This document shows, piece by piece, positions 1-13,559 of a stretch of 64,000 bases of DNA. The position numbers and the translations under genes are program-made. Within the stretch, counting starts at the first letter, position 1; every line of letters begins with the position of its first letter. The notes under the pieces are model-generated. The model was given only the letters and a program-made list of their open reading frames with translations, did no database searches and was not told the DNA's origin. Source of the stretch: Octopus sinensis (taxonomy: Eukaryota); the NCBI RefSeq assembly GCF_006345805.1, contig NC_043003.1, forward strand, positions 82,212,001 to 82,276,000. The letters are read 5' to 3'.

Positions 1-121
1 AGGCATTGGTCGGCCCGGGGCTATAGCAGAAGACACTTGCCCAAGATGCCACGCAGTGGGACTGAACCTGGAACCATGTGGTTGGTTAGCAAGCTACTTA
101 CCACACAGCCACTCCTGCGCC
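1..121 (-). mobile_element. tRNA-derived SINE family A, 5' half (cut by window edge)
   Basis: Reverse complement reads GGCGCAGGAGTGGCTGTGTGGTAAGTAGCTTGC...GGTTCAGTCCCACTGCGTGGCATCTTGGGCAAGTGTCTTC, matching the copies at 50463 and 55996. A/B-box-like head. Confidence 0.9.
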
Positions 122-167
122 TATATGTATATGTATATATCTATATCTATCTATCTATCTATCTATA

Positions 168-202
<35 letters not shown>

Positions 203-218
203 ATATATATATATATTA

Positions 219-348
219 TATGTAGAAAATACAAACTGGGACAAGAACGTAAAACATATGGAAGACGATACAAAAAACACGGACGGGACATTCGAAGCCT
301 TCAATCTTCAGTCAAGAACCGGATCATCCTAGCAATTTCGGCTGATTA
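219..348 (-). mobile_element. Short interspersed element E1 (Penelope pLTR-like?) between TA-rich microsatellites, copy 1
   Basis: Clearly homologous to 38977-39113 (TGTAGAAAATAC...GGACAAGAACGTA...GAAGACGATACAA...TCTTCAGTCAAGAACCGGATCATC...AATTTCGGCTGATT). Both copies are flanked by TA-rich repeats. Confidence 0.7.
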
Positions 349-949
349 TCTATATCTATATACATACATACATATATATATCATGGCTATAGTCAAATGA
401 CTGAAACAAGTAAAATAATATATATATATATATTACATAAATTCGAATGAAAGTTGCAGGGGTAAAAGATGGAAAGGCCTTCCGAATTTCAAAAAATTAT
501 ATAAGTAGTTCCTACTTAGCAATCTGTATCGATCAACACATGGACACATATATCTCACCCAATCGCTAAAGTTTTTGCGTATGACCGTGATTATCATAAT
601 GTCAACAAACAACATATGATGTATAATAATAATTTCTATGTTAATTTTGTTATCAGATATATTCTATTTTGGGCGTAATGTGATAAGTAATTATTTTAAC
701 GAATTTACTCACGATATCCTTTGTCCGTGCAGATTATATAGCAAACATTTTAATCAATAACTAGATGATTAGATGAGAGAAATTACAATTTCTCGCTCGC
801 TATAATTATCTTCAAAATTTGCTTTCTTGGGACATTTAATGAAATGATGATTTCAATAACAATATGTCATAATTTAAACGTACAACTAACATAAAATTGT
901 TATAAAAGACTGTAGCAGCTTTCCTGTATAAAGAATCATTTTCAAAAAG

Positions 950-2150
950 ACATCTAAGTTTTCTTCATCTTACATATACAATTCTCTCCATAAATACATT
1001 CCTTCGTGAATATTAAGCCATGAATATAAATATGATCGATATGTCTAGCTGAAGTCTTCGGTAAATGTTGAAGACAAGTAACTCTAAACCTGAGCCAAGA
1101 TGCTCAAACATTGATTTTTCTCTTCGTTTTGAGAAGGTTACTGATTTCAATGTTCTTCATTCTCAGTTTAACTGACTGAAGTGAATGGGATATTTCTATT
1201 TAAAAATGTTATGTTATTATAACGGAGAAATCGACACATACTCAATTTTAATTGTATCTAGAATTATCAATATTTTCCCAATAATTCTGTCATACTCTAA
1301 GTGCTTGTTTTGTTACTTATGAAATCGATAGTTTTAATCAATAGTCGTACAATTATTATCACTTCATTCTAACACCTTATGTGTTGACTTTTTTCTCATT
1401 GTTATTGTGGTTTGTGTATTTCTTTCTCTCAGAACCTTTTTGTTAAAAGTATACAATACGGCATCATTCTGATAACTTCTTTTCAGTTCTTCCTTATTCG
1501 ATGAAAATGTCATTTATTATTAAACAGTAAATAGGAATTAAAATACAGGCCCGAGGCAATTACTTGATTGTGGGATCTTAATTTAATTCCTATGCCTAAT
1601 TGCAAGAATATTCTGTTCATAACTTTTAACTAACTTCATCAGAATTAAACATTAGACAGCTGTATTGTATTTTAGGATCTTTTTGTTTTTGCTTTATAAA
1701 ACTTCATTATCTAAGGCAGTAAAACCTCTCATATCAATAGCTATTTACCATTCTTCTGCTGATGCTTTCCTTGATGATATTAAGTAGTATGAAATCCAAG
1801 TGATTGCATTCGGTTTGGGGTTACCTTTTAGATATATTAGAATTGATTAATTTCTTTCAATGTTTTCGATAGTTTATAATCTGCTAATGAGACTAATAAA
1901 ATTCTTATAACTTCTTTGCTACTTCAACACGCTGAAGAATACTTTTAAAATCTCTCATCAAAATATTTCCTTTGCAAGATAAATTAACATTTTATGCACT
2001 GAAATCATACATCGGAACGTTTATATAATTATACGTTAAAATTTGCATGTAGAGTTATTTCCTTTCAAATAAATTCCTCAGACTACTTCTGTGTAATGTC
2101 TTTGTTATATGATTCTTATCAATCGTACATTTTATAAAAGTACAAGTTGC
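950..2150 (-). mobile_element. Highly decayed non-LTR retrotransposon RT (CR1/L2/Jockey-like)
   Basis: Minus-strand translation gives RT-like motifs in the correct order: AIDMRGFTALDNEVL*SK (~1690-1745; cf. xIDxxKAFDxVxHxxLxxK), IPQSSNCLGPVF (~1540-1580; cf. GxPQGSxLGPxLF), YQNDAVLY (1451-1474; cf. YADD). Many stops. Boundaries approximate. Confidence 0.55.
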
Positions 2151-2439
2151 AATGAAATTAATACTACCTCGCTTGTCAGTAATTGTATTTCATCTTACGC
2201 AAGAAATAAATGATAATCCACTTCTATGTCTCAAAGAATTTAGCTTTGGTATATTTAGTTGTTGGATGGCACTTGATTTGCAAATTATTTGCTACGTTTG
2301 GGCGACATGATTAGTGGTGCTTTGTTATGCATTTATACATTTCATGATTAATTTAAATCGGAGTCAGCATTATATTTCGTCTTGATTGAGTTCGATAAAG
2401 TTTATATTGTGACATTGACCCACAAAATTGTGGCTATTA

Positions 2440-2640
2440 TTTTTCTCTACTCTAGGTACAAGGCCCGAAATTTTGGGAGAGGGAGTCAGTCGATTAGATC
2501 GACCCCAGTACTTAATTTATCGACTCCGAAAGGATGACAGTCAAAGTCTACCTCGGCAGAATTTGAACTCAGTAAAGGCAGACGAAATAACGCTAACCAT
2601 TTCGCCCGGCTTGCTAACGTTTCTGCCAGCTCACCGCCTT
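2440..2640 (-). mobile_element. tRNA-derived SINE family B (Nin/Deu-domain-like core)
   Basis: Reverse complement AAGGCGGTGAGCTGGCAGAAACGTTAGCAAGCCGGGCGAAATG...GAGTTCAAATTCTGCCGAGGTAGACTTTG...TCATCCTTTCGGAGTCGATAAATTAAGTAC matches the many plus-strand copies. Confidence 0.88.
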
Positions 2641-3056
2641 CAAAGTGTGGCTATTATTAGAAAGTGTTTTTCGGTGGGAGAAGATCTAGCAGTAAAATCA
2701 TTCCAGCCTACATTAGGCTATTAAGATCGTTGTAATTTACGTGTTAAAGCATCTAGTCATGTAGCATTGATGAAAGAACACAAAAAGTGAACTCAGGATC
2801 CAGTAAAATTAATTCATCCCAAAGAATAAATATCTACTCACTCGACAGTATAAGAAATACTGGCCATATTTGTTAAACAATTTGTCTCAACATTTTGAAT
2901 AAAGTAATTAATGTAGTGGATACATGACAAAGTAAAGTATCATTGCGCATAAATATTCATGGAAAATTATGTTTGGTCTCTTGCATGGATTCCATTCTTG
3001 TGTTTAAAGGGTATCGAATTCAGCTCTAGCTCTATGAAGCATTAGCTACGAGTACC

Positions 3057-3262
3057 TACAAAGTGGTGCTGAAAAGTTTCTATATTTGGGTAAAGGAAAT
3101 ACAGGAGGATCAAATATGATTTTATTCAAAATATCCCACTTTCACATTCACACACCTAATACACAGGTCCTTCAACTCTGTAAAAGAACTCGGAAGGTTG
3201 GGCCTCCAGCCAAGCCTTTCATGACACACTTAAAACCAGGAACTTTTCAACACAGTCTCGTA
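3057..3262 (-). mobile_element. Mariner-derived MITE
   Basis: Imperfect TIRs GTGCTGAAAAGTT...AACTTTTCAACAC with TA-containing ends. The minus strand retains a transposase C-terminal remnant, LKDLCIRCVNVKVGYFE* (cf. mariner ..RWxKCxxxxGxYxE*). Confidence 0.7.
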
Positions 3263-5499
3263 ATTTCAACTTCTGCAATAAAAGCCATGTGATAATGAAT
3301 ACGTCTCGACACGGCCACTTGACCATATACAAATAGTTGCCAAATTACCTTCAAATCATACGCCACTCTTAAGTAAATATGAATATGTGTACTAGTTCCT
3401 GATATATAAAAGCAAAGGTATTTATTAGAACACTATAGTGTTGCTCTATGGATAAATATCACACGTCTACAAAGCATGACTCGAATATATTGCCAGTTGT
3501 TTGTGGATTGCCCAATATATATTTGAACATAAATTTAATGGGTGATGTTTCATTATCGGTCAGTCTTGCGTGAGCAGCCTAGATTAATGGTGGAAATCTT
3601 GCTTGTTTCTTTAACATTCGTTTCTTGTTCTTTTTTAAATTATATTCCTTTGGTTATTATGTCCTTCTTTTGATGGGAGTGTGTGATCGAGATAATTTAG
3701 CTGATATTTTTAGCAGGTCAATGGAGTGCATACATACCATCTCCTTAGCTCTATTAAAATAATACTAGATTAGCATGGAATGAGTAGAACAGTAATAACA
3801 ACTTAAATGTATCCACGATTTAAGGCATTTAACATGAAGTAAACAATATGCACACGTTTTTAAACCAAACAACTTACGAGGAAAAATATATTTCAGTCAT
3901 TGTCTAATTTTCGTATTAATAGTCTGCGACCAACTACAAAAACATAAATTTGTGGTAGCCACTGTTGGTCAGCGGTATATTGGTAAACAATATATCATTG
4001 AATATTTTACATATTCATCTGCATACAAATTATATCCATCTAATTTGTGAGAGATTTCATGTTGACATTAAAATAATTTACGACAGTTTATATTAAATCT
4101 GTCATTGTGCCAGAAATGCTATTGGCATTACGGAAATATGTCATTTTCTGAAAAAAGAAACATGTGTTGATTTGAAGTGATTATTGTATTAATTGAAACA
4201 AAAAAATTTCTTCAGCAAAATAGTTTTTTTCTAAAATATTAAATTCCAGATTTTTTACTTCTTTCTATTGACCTTTTATGTCAATTACTGTGTATTTATA
4301 TCCATATAATACTAATGTATCGAAATATAAATGGTTTCATTCTTGGATATATGAATTTAAAATGTGTAAGATAAATTTAGGATTTCCTAGTATTTCACAA
4401 GTATTTTCTATCAAAAGAGGTTGATGAACTGTGTTTAGACAGCAACAGACGGTATACTCATTAGTATGGCACCTCTAGGTATCATAAGAGCTGTTGATAT
4501 ATAGACACAAGGGAATGATTCTTGTATTGTCAACGATGATTGATTGCTGTTGTAACGAAGATGCATTTGACTAAGGTAACGACTTAACTCTGTACTGAGA
4601 GATTACAATCGACGAATATTTCACTAGCTTGTATTGAATTAAATTCCACTCTTAGGAATTAGACATACGATATTTAAACCTCAAATCTAGTGAAATATTG
4701 GCTTCACATTCACAAAAAGTTAGGAGATAATTTAACAGACCGTATTCGTATTAATTACTTATATGTCAAAATAGATAAAAAGCTAGCCTACCCTGATAAT
4801 GATCTGAAATTATAAGGCTTTATGGAATTTAGTTAATGACCATACATTTGGTTCTGCATAGATGCCAAATTCACCTGTATTTTCTTATATTCCAAAACGA
4901 AATATCGAACTTAAAAGATATTTTCTAATCCCAATTTCACAGTACTAGCAGCATAAATGTAATACCTTATAAATTGCAAATTATACGTTTATATGTTTCG
5001 TTTTGTGCCAGAAGCAAATACATGAATTTAAAAGCTTATTCTAATTTAAATTTCACAGTACGCGTAGCATAGACTTCACATTATTCCTTTCAATGCATGT
5101 CAAAACTAAATAATTCGATTTATATGCTATTTCTAATCTAAAATTCACTATAGATTTACTAAATATAATTTTAAGTACTGTATGTGCTAAATGATATATA
5201 TACATATATATATATATATATTATGTGTTCCATAGATATTTCTGGGATATAAAATGTATTTATTGTATATTGAAGAGAGAATATACGCGTAAAGCTATTT
5301 CCAAGGGGAGAATTTTGCTACCTGCTTTATACATAGATTTCGCTTCGTTTAATTTAATCAGAAAATGATACTGTATCGCAAAAATACTACATGTGAAAAG
5401 ATGTGCCTTTAGCTCTCAGTAGTTGCTAACCATCTGCAAGGCTCACGAGTAAATCACAATGGTACAAAGCTTCCATTTATAACAACACAAATGGACATC

Positions 5500-5850
5500 G
5501 CAGGAAGCTGGATGACTGTCACGAGATCAGCCCAGAACTGAGGTTCAATTCTATTCTACAGACGTACTGTTTCCCCCAACTCTCCTAACTTATCTTTGCT
5601 TCTCGTAGCTGCAAAGTTTCATCCCACATCTACCTATGCCCACTTTACATACTCATATGTTATCACAACACATATTGTTCATGCCACCCCTTGTTCTCGC
5701 ACTTACTACTACATCCAATTAATCTTCTCCCAGAACATCAGCCATTTGGAAATTCCTCTCTCTGCATATTTAATTATGAAGCCGTCAATTTCACACGTAT
5801 CCTTATGCTTGTTAAGAACAGTGCACATTCCCTTTCTCAACACGAATCAC
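5500..5850 (+). mobile_element. Decayed LINE 3' fragment (CR1/L2/Jockey-like)
   Basis: TTCTCCCAGAACATCAGCCATTTGGAAATTCCTCTC resembles the conserved FFPRTxxxWNxLP C-terminal motif after a frameshift. Confidence 0.4.
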
Positions 5851-8443
5851 ATAAAGTGCGGTATTAATAAAGATGAATCATGGTTACATGTTTTGTTTTG
5901 TTTTTGTTTGTTTTTTTGTTTTTTGTATATTTTGATATATCAAGACATCCTTCAAGTCGTACGTGGTGTTCAATACATTTCTATCACTACTTGTTATGAT
6001 TCAGCTCTAGCAACACGAGATCGGTTTTGTGAGCAATACTTTAAGTACATACATTCAGACGAGAAACCAAAATTCTCAGTGCCTTTTATTTTCGTAGTAG
6101 AAATGACCATACAGAAGGTGTTATAAAAGATTATTTGAAATAAAATGTATTATATATTTCGGTCTGAATTCTGTAGGACAAAATCTAAAGCTCATAAAAG
6201 TGGAGAAACTATAATAAATTGAACACCTGTTGCATATATGAATATACAAATATGAAGAATTATTTCATATCTGATTTAAAGATTTCGATATTTTACAGTA
6301 ACTCATTCATGATATGAAACATATGAGTGACAATTTGGATGCGGTACTGTATATAAATTGGGCATCTTTATAAATTTATTATACGTATTTGTTTGAGTGA
6401 ATGACTACAAGAGATCTTTTTCTTGATCATGCATACATGCGACCTCTCGGGAACTAAATTATCTAAGTAGGGAGTGACTGAATCATGTACGTGTATCCTA
6501 GAACTTGGAATTATTTTAAGTGTGAATATATGCATGCAAGATTGATAAATGTCTGGTTCATATTTAAGTTGAAATAACGTTCATAAAAGAAACTATTGAA
6601 TTTAATGCCATATTTTCCTGCAAGAAGAAATCAGAATTGATAAAATATGATTTTACGTGCTTGAATAAACTGCACGAGTTAGTGATCAGCTAAGGGAGGC
6701 GTCATAGTGATTACTAAGTGTCTCGTTGATACTTCAAATATGCTAAACTGTGGTAAATTTTATCAGATTCATTATGCTCTGTATCTGGCCGTTTATTTGA
6801 TCATTGACCAATTTTTGAGCCTAAAGAATTGATATTTCTGACTACATTATACTAAGACACGTTAAAATAAATATTATAGACATCCGTGCGTAAATATTTA
6901 CCGGATTAAGCTTTGTGGATCTGAGACATATTTACAATTTTGATATTCTAATGCATGCATTTTTAATATGAGATTGACAGAAAATAGATTAGAATTTAAG
7001 AAAATAAAACGATGCGATACGATACTCTAATATAGGAAATATATTATTGGAATTGCTATTTTTTCTGTAAAGATATCAAGCAAAATACACCCAGTTAATT
7101 CTTGAAAAAATATAAACTAAATAAATATTTTTTTGTTGTATGTAATAAAATATACGTAAAAAAAGAATTAGTGATTAATAGAACTGACTATCTACATTAA
7201 ATCTACTTAAATATTCATCTGCATTGTATATTTGTATTAAGCAAAGCTACTTTACATATGTACAGGTGTTTGTATTTTAAAAAGAATTTGTAAAAAATAA
7301 CCATGTCTAGAATTTCAAATTTAATATTCACGAATGATACACTACATTAAACATTTATAAAAAAATATATATTACAATTAAAGAAATATTCATAAGTATA
7401 TACCTATGTGTATGTGTTTGTTTGCTTGCTTGTTTTTGTTTGTTTGTTTTTTTTTTCCTTGTATACGTGTTTGCGTGTATTTAAACTGCTTAATAACAAT
7501 CTGAATAACTCCAAAATGCACAGTATCATTGATTTAAGTATTACTAAGTTTACGTTATGTTAACAGTGTTCTACAAGCATATACATAAATAGTGTTTAAC
7601 ATTGTTATTTTGAATGATGCGGAAAGAGGCACTCCTGTTTCTTTCGGCGTTGTGTTATGAACAAGATATCAGAATATGAGACTAACCAACTATTAAATAT
7701 GTAAATTTGATTTTTCTAAAACTGGTATTCATCCAATTGTATTTGATTTTTGTTGTAAAATTTAGTTAGGAATCCTAAGCTAGCTATGAATTTATATTAA
7801 ATTATATGTAATACATTTCGTAAAGATACAGGATATTATCACGGTCTTTAAACGAAGATCTAAAAACTTCTAACAATCAAATTGTCATGCATTTTGCTGC
7901 AGGAATACAACTGTGACAGATAAAAAGAACATTCCATCATTCCTTAATTGAAGTAAATGTTACAATTAAGATCATGAAATGTATTACCCTAGGTCTTGGT
8001 TAAGAAGGGACTGGAAAGACTTAGCGGAACAACTCCATTTACTCCTGCTGAGATGTCACAAGATTCAAAATTTTGTCTCTTCCAGTACTGATTGTTGACT
8101 GACTATGCCATAGAGAATGACAGGGATGGAGCAGATGAATATGCTAAATAAACAATCATGAAGAAAGGAATCAACTAACTTAACTTTTTCAAGGACCGCA
8201 TAGAGGTCCTTCTTATCATTAAAATACATTTTGTGAACAATGTTTACCTATATATATCGTATTTTATAACTATGCCTATTTAAAGTACTATAAAATATTA
8301 GTAACTCATTCGGTATGTGCATTAAATTGATTCAATTACATACATACACACACACATGCATAGGTTTTTGTATGCATGTGTCTATGTATGTATATATGCA
8401 CATATATAAATATACATGTATATAAAGGCGAGTTGTATTATAA

Positions 8444-8598
8444 GGGGTAGGCGTGGTCGTGTGATAGGAAGTTCGCTTTCGAATCATATGGTTCCAGGTT
8501 CTGCGTGGAACCTTGAGCAAGTGTCTTCTACAATAGCCTCGGGCCGATCAAAGCCTTGTAAGTGGATTCGGTAGACGGAAACTGAAAGTAGCCTGTTG

Positions 8599-8644
<46 letters not shown>

Positions 8645-8861
8645 CGCGTTTGTATCTTTGCGTGTCTGTGTTTGTACCCCCCCACCATCACTTGACAACC
8701 GATGTTGGTGCGTTTACGTCCCCGCAACATAGCAATTCGGCAAAAGAGACCGATAGAATAAATACTAGACTTACAAAGAATAAGTCCAGGGATCGATTTG
8801 CTCTACTAAAGGCGGTGCTCCAGCATGGCTGCAGTCAAATGACTGAAACAAGCAAAGAAGT

Positions 8862-8865
<4 letters not shown>
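8444..8865 (+). mobile_element. SINE family A, full length with internal (TA)n(GT)n microsatellite
   Basis: Head, CTTGAGCAAGTGTCTTCTAC core, GGTAGACGGAAACTGAAAG, microsatellite, then tail TTGACAACCGATG...GGCAAAAGAGACCGATAGAATAA...CAGTCAAATGACTGAAACAAG. Confidence 0.9.
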
Positions 8866-8899
<34 letters not shown>

Positions 8900-11091
8900 T
8901 CACGCAAGTTCTCTCTCACACACGAAACTATTCTTGATTGCTGAAAATTAGAAGCGTACATCACAGAGTCTAATGTCTACTTAATCATTAAGAATCAGGG
9001 GTTGGAAGCGGAAATATCAATAATTATGCTTTTGATAATACATTAAACATGGCCACTTGGTTTTTCGATTGATCTGAGGAACAGCTGCGTTTTCTGTGCC
9101 ATTTTCTGAATATGAAGTGTCAAAATCTATTGAAGACATTCTAGTTGGAAACAATAGCTTTCCGCTGTAGTCGGTTTACGAATGGCTTCACCAATTCAAA
9201 TGTAGTCGCAAAAGTGTCATAAGTGTGCTGGCTACTCTTACTTTGTTAAAGATAACGTTAAAAGAGCCAATGACATGGTTTAGCATAACAGACGGAGACT
9301 AAAATATGCTCAAATTCATCATAATAAATCAAGTAATTAAATCAACCGCAACAGAATTGACATTATTAGTGTAAGTACAAGATGAATCCTGGAACAACTC
9401 ACTCTACATTTTTCCATGAAATCTTGATTAACTAAGGTAATGAAATAGCATTTTCTTATTAACGAATCTAATGATCAAACATATGAAGACCACTACAAAC
9501 CTAACAGGAAACAACAGCCTATACAATTGAAACATTCGCAATCACCTGTCAGAAAAATGTTCATATTTGAAATATACGCAAGAAACGAGCGGTTGTCAGA
9601 TGCGTGGAATACGCAATGACCAGCACTAAAGCTTTATATATAACATGGCTCTACAGTGAATAGCTATTGATACAGATGCTTTTGGCCATGCTAAAACATT
9701 TGTCTTGAAACAAATGGCAAGAGCTGCTGCTGAAGCCATTAGGTTTATTTATGATACAATTGTCATTGGTGAAATCTTCGAGAATTTGGAAGTTGATGTC
9801 TAGAAATATTTGCTATATAATCATAAACTTGATCCATAGGAATATTAAATATACGTTCTTCACAAAGATAGATGATTTTAAAAGCTGTTGTGCTGGCGTT
9901 GACTACATGGTGAAAAGTCTAAGCATATGCGACTGGAATGTTTTTCTTCTGAAGACACACACAAAAAAAAACATTACGACATGAACAGAAAGCCGACTGA
10001 AAGTTAAACAGACTGTTTGGGAAATGTTATTCCACTACAATTAAAGCATATCTTGAAATAAATTTGAAATATTTACAGAAAGAAAATGGACCCCTGAACA
10101 ATAGTTTTGTTTCAACCAGCATATGATGCAGTCATGGCAACTGTAATAACATCAACAACTTAATTTTTCAATTTCAAATTTTCACGGTAGTGACTAAACC
10201 AAAACAATGTTGTTGTATGCGGGCAATAAATTTACCTACCAATTAGAAATTTCTCAGTGTTAGTTTGTCAATGACTAGTGAATAAGAGATTAAGTCATTT
10301 TCTAACCATATAACTTTGAATTTTACCTTTTGTACATAGGTAAATCTAGAATACAAGCTATTTAATTCTTCTAACTGTATGTCCTGCCAAATGTAAACAA
10401 GTATTTTTCTGTATGCATAATATCATAAATATTAATATATCCGCTTTTAGATTTCTCTTTCTGTATATGTGTGTGTGTGCTTGTGTGAGTTTGCGTATGT
10501 GTGTGTGCACATATGTATGTATGCTGTAATGGTATGTGCTTGTAGTTGTAATGTTATGAGTAGCTGAATGTCCAATTTATGTATGAACGAATGCTTTTGT
10601 ACCCAACTCCACTTCAACTCACGTCTGTATGAGTGCATCAAATATGAAAATTCAAATTTTTTTAATAATTTATGAATTAATACCACGAAACTGAATGAAT
10701 TTAAATATCGGTTTTATTCAAATTATTAGCAGGCTTCCGTTGGTAAGTAAATCAAATACATCATAATCATAGACACATTTCCTTAAAATTTCTGAAATAT
10801 AAAAAGAAAAGTTGAAAATGGAAATAAGCAAGAACAAATTCCTTCAAATCAAGCAAATATTGGCAAACGTATATTAAGTCATCTATCAATTTATTAATAT
10901 GTATGTGTGCATCTAAATAAAGATTGTTAGGCGACAAGATGCAAAATCTACAAGAAAATTCAATATTTCAGCATTCCAGTGAACGATAATACAAGAAACA
11001 ATGATGAATTTTAAATGAAAACTTACAATTTCCAGGAGAAAACAAAGAATTTCACGTGAATTCTTCAGACAATTTTAAAAGAATGCACACA

Positions 11092-11094
<3 letters not shown>

Positions 11095-11148
<54 letters not shown>

Positions 11149-11185
11149 GGGGGGGAGAGAGAAAGAGAGAGATTGATAGATAGAT
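11095..11185. repeat. Compound (TA)n(GA)n microsatellite
   Basis: Direct reading. Confidence 0.95.
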
Positions 11186-12849
11186 ACTAATAAATGTACA
11201 TCGATATATGTAATCAAAATAGTTAATAATCTTAGGAGCTATATAAAACAATAGAATTATATAAATCCAAATAATTTTATTTGTTTTTGTTTTCTTTTCA
11301 TATTGAACAAACTCCAATCTTCACTATGCTCATCCCCAAAACTACATTTTCAATCTTTCCTGCATCCTATTCTTCTGTCGATCCTCTTCTTCGTAACCCA
11401 GTTTGACATGATAATATGGTTTTAACAATTTTGCTTGAAATAAATGAAATGTTCGTCAAATAAGGCGACGGGAATATACTATTCTATATTATACTATTTT
11501 ATATTATACTATTCTATATTTCACATTTCACATTTATTGTTCAAAAAATTCTTACAAATATTTAAAGTCATGTTGTTATCCTGTTCATACGTTTATACTT
11601 ACTAGTTACACACAAATATTGAAACAATTTAGCTACGTAGGTTAGAATTTGAAACTGGCATTAATAATTATTTATACATTTGTTTATATCATAGTTCTCT
11701 ATTTAGATGCATTTACCTGCTAATCCGTCATTTGCAAATTAAATCTCTAAGAGAAACAATTTCAAATGGATGACTTATAGATTCGATTTCATTATTTTTT
11801 AATTGAAGCGATTGGTCTTTCTTTTTCTAAGAACAAGAGCTTCTCACCTAAATGATATCTTTGGCTTTATATACGCTTTAATAAGAAATGCAAAATGAAT
11901 ATGAAACCGAAAATCGACAGGGTGATATTCTGAAAAACATGGCGTAATGAATAACTAAAAGTTGTTTTGATTTCTACTAAACTTTCATTAGTAGTTGCTA
12001 GCGAACTAATAGCCTGTAAATATCAACTCTAAAAATCTGTTAGAAAATACATGTAACTATATTTTGTAAAGGGTGTAAAGCCAATAGTGCTAGGCGTTTG
12101 AGTCGGATGAAGACTACTTTTGATAAACGTGTACTAAATATGCTGGTCACATGGAAATATTGTTATTTGTATACAGTGTATATGTGTTAGTATGCATGTA
12201 TGTATATATATATAAGTGTATATATGTGTTTATGCTTAAAGATATGTGTGTGCATATATATATATATATATATAGTGTAACTGAATGACGTAAGATGAAA
12301 GATACGGGTATTTTTATTAATCCCAACAATTGTTTAGACAAATACACATCTGGCATCGCTTCCTCACGGGTGGTATACTTAACATCTGGTTCAGGAGTAT
12401 CCGACGGTGCAGATGTGTCTCTTCGGGTGATAAATATATATAACTCTTGAAAATAACAGTTCCGCATTGTATCTTCTCATTTCGTATAGAGAAAAGTACT
12501 TATATAGAAGATCAAAAATAAAATAACAGATGCAAAAAACAAACAAATAAATAAATAAATAAAAACGAACGTGCAATTCAGTGAAATAAATATTTAAAAT
12601 AACCGTTAGAAAATATGGATGTATAAACACCGTCGGTCAAGCTGCCTGGCGCATGTACATTCGCTCATACAAGCATCCACGAAGATGTAAGCATACGCAA
12701 ACATGTGGTTTACTGCACAAACGTTCACATAGCGAGTTGAATAGTTACTTGATGTTTATAAGAATGGGGAGATTAAAGGTAAACTTAATTCATCTATACC
12801 TTAAAGTAAATTATATTAACAGTTACACAAATTTATTCCCACTGCATTG

Positions 12850-13320
12850 TGCGAAAGTACATTTATATGCATCTAGGCATCTTGAAAGCCTTTCAGAAAT
12901 TCTATTAACTATCTTCTCATTGGTCCACAGAATAGACAGGAATTCCTCAGAGCAGAGTCGGCATCTCCTTGAAATTATATATCGTATGGTTTTGCATATT
13001 TATATCCATACATAAATACATAACAACATAGTCTAAGAATCGACAACGTAGAACAAATAGGCACTTGCTTGTTTTTTAATAGAATGGGTAGATCAATTAT
13101 AAGTACATTACAGTATTATAGACCTATTTCAGCCGATTTTACCTCTCGATTTTTATGTGAGAGTTTGGGAAGACTAATATCGGTACACATAAGAACTACT
13201 GATGGTAAATTATGTGGGCTTTTTGCAACAAAACCAGCGCTCTTAACATTGGGTTGGGAGTATTCTTGTCAGGAACACAGTCCAAACTTCGCATAGTGAG
13301 AATTTTCCTTTAAGTTTCAG
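12850..13320 (+). mobile_element. Decayed CR1/L2-like RT N-terminal fragment
   Basis: ORF 13069-13296 contains YRPISADFTSRFLCESLGRLI (cf. NYRPISLTSxxCKxLExII). Confidence 0.45.
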
Positions 13321-13559
13321 TTTACTAAATTATATAGAATAAGTGTTTTTGCATTTCTCTTAGAATGAGAGTTATCTTACTAGAGTAGCCAATGTTATCA
13401 GGTACGTTAGGTGCTGCTGAAAGTGAGATATTTAGCGTAAATTTATAAAAGTTATTATGATATAATGCTTTGTTGGGACGTTTTAGATGAACATAACCAA
13501 AATAACTTTTTTCTTTTTTAATTTCTTAGCATTATGAGTGTTATATTGTGTTACATTTC

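Noticed and set aside
7980-8160. RDWKDLAEQL (death-domain-like) on plus and a hydrophobic run on minus
   Set aside because: Short chance-level similarity; frames close within 30 codons.
8995-9012. CAGGGGTTGGAAGCGG, resembling a hAT TIR
   Set aside because: No matching opposite end or TSD found.
9000-10200. Protein-like reading on plus (AIDTDAFGHAKTFVLKQMARAAAEAIRF) and faint RT-like motifs on minus (ICLDFS)
   Set aside because: Many stops on both strands and no decisive motif. Probably an ancient TE, but it cannot be assigned.
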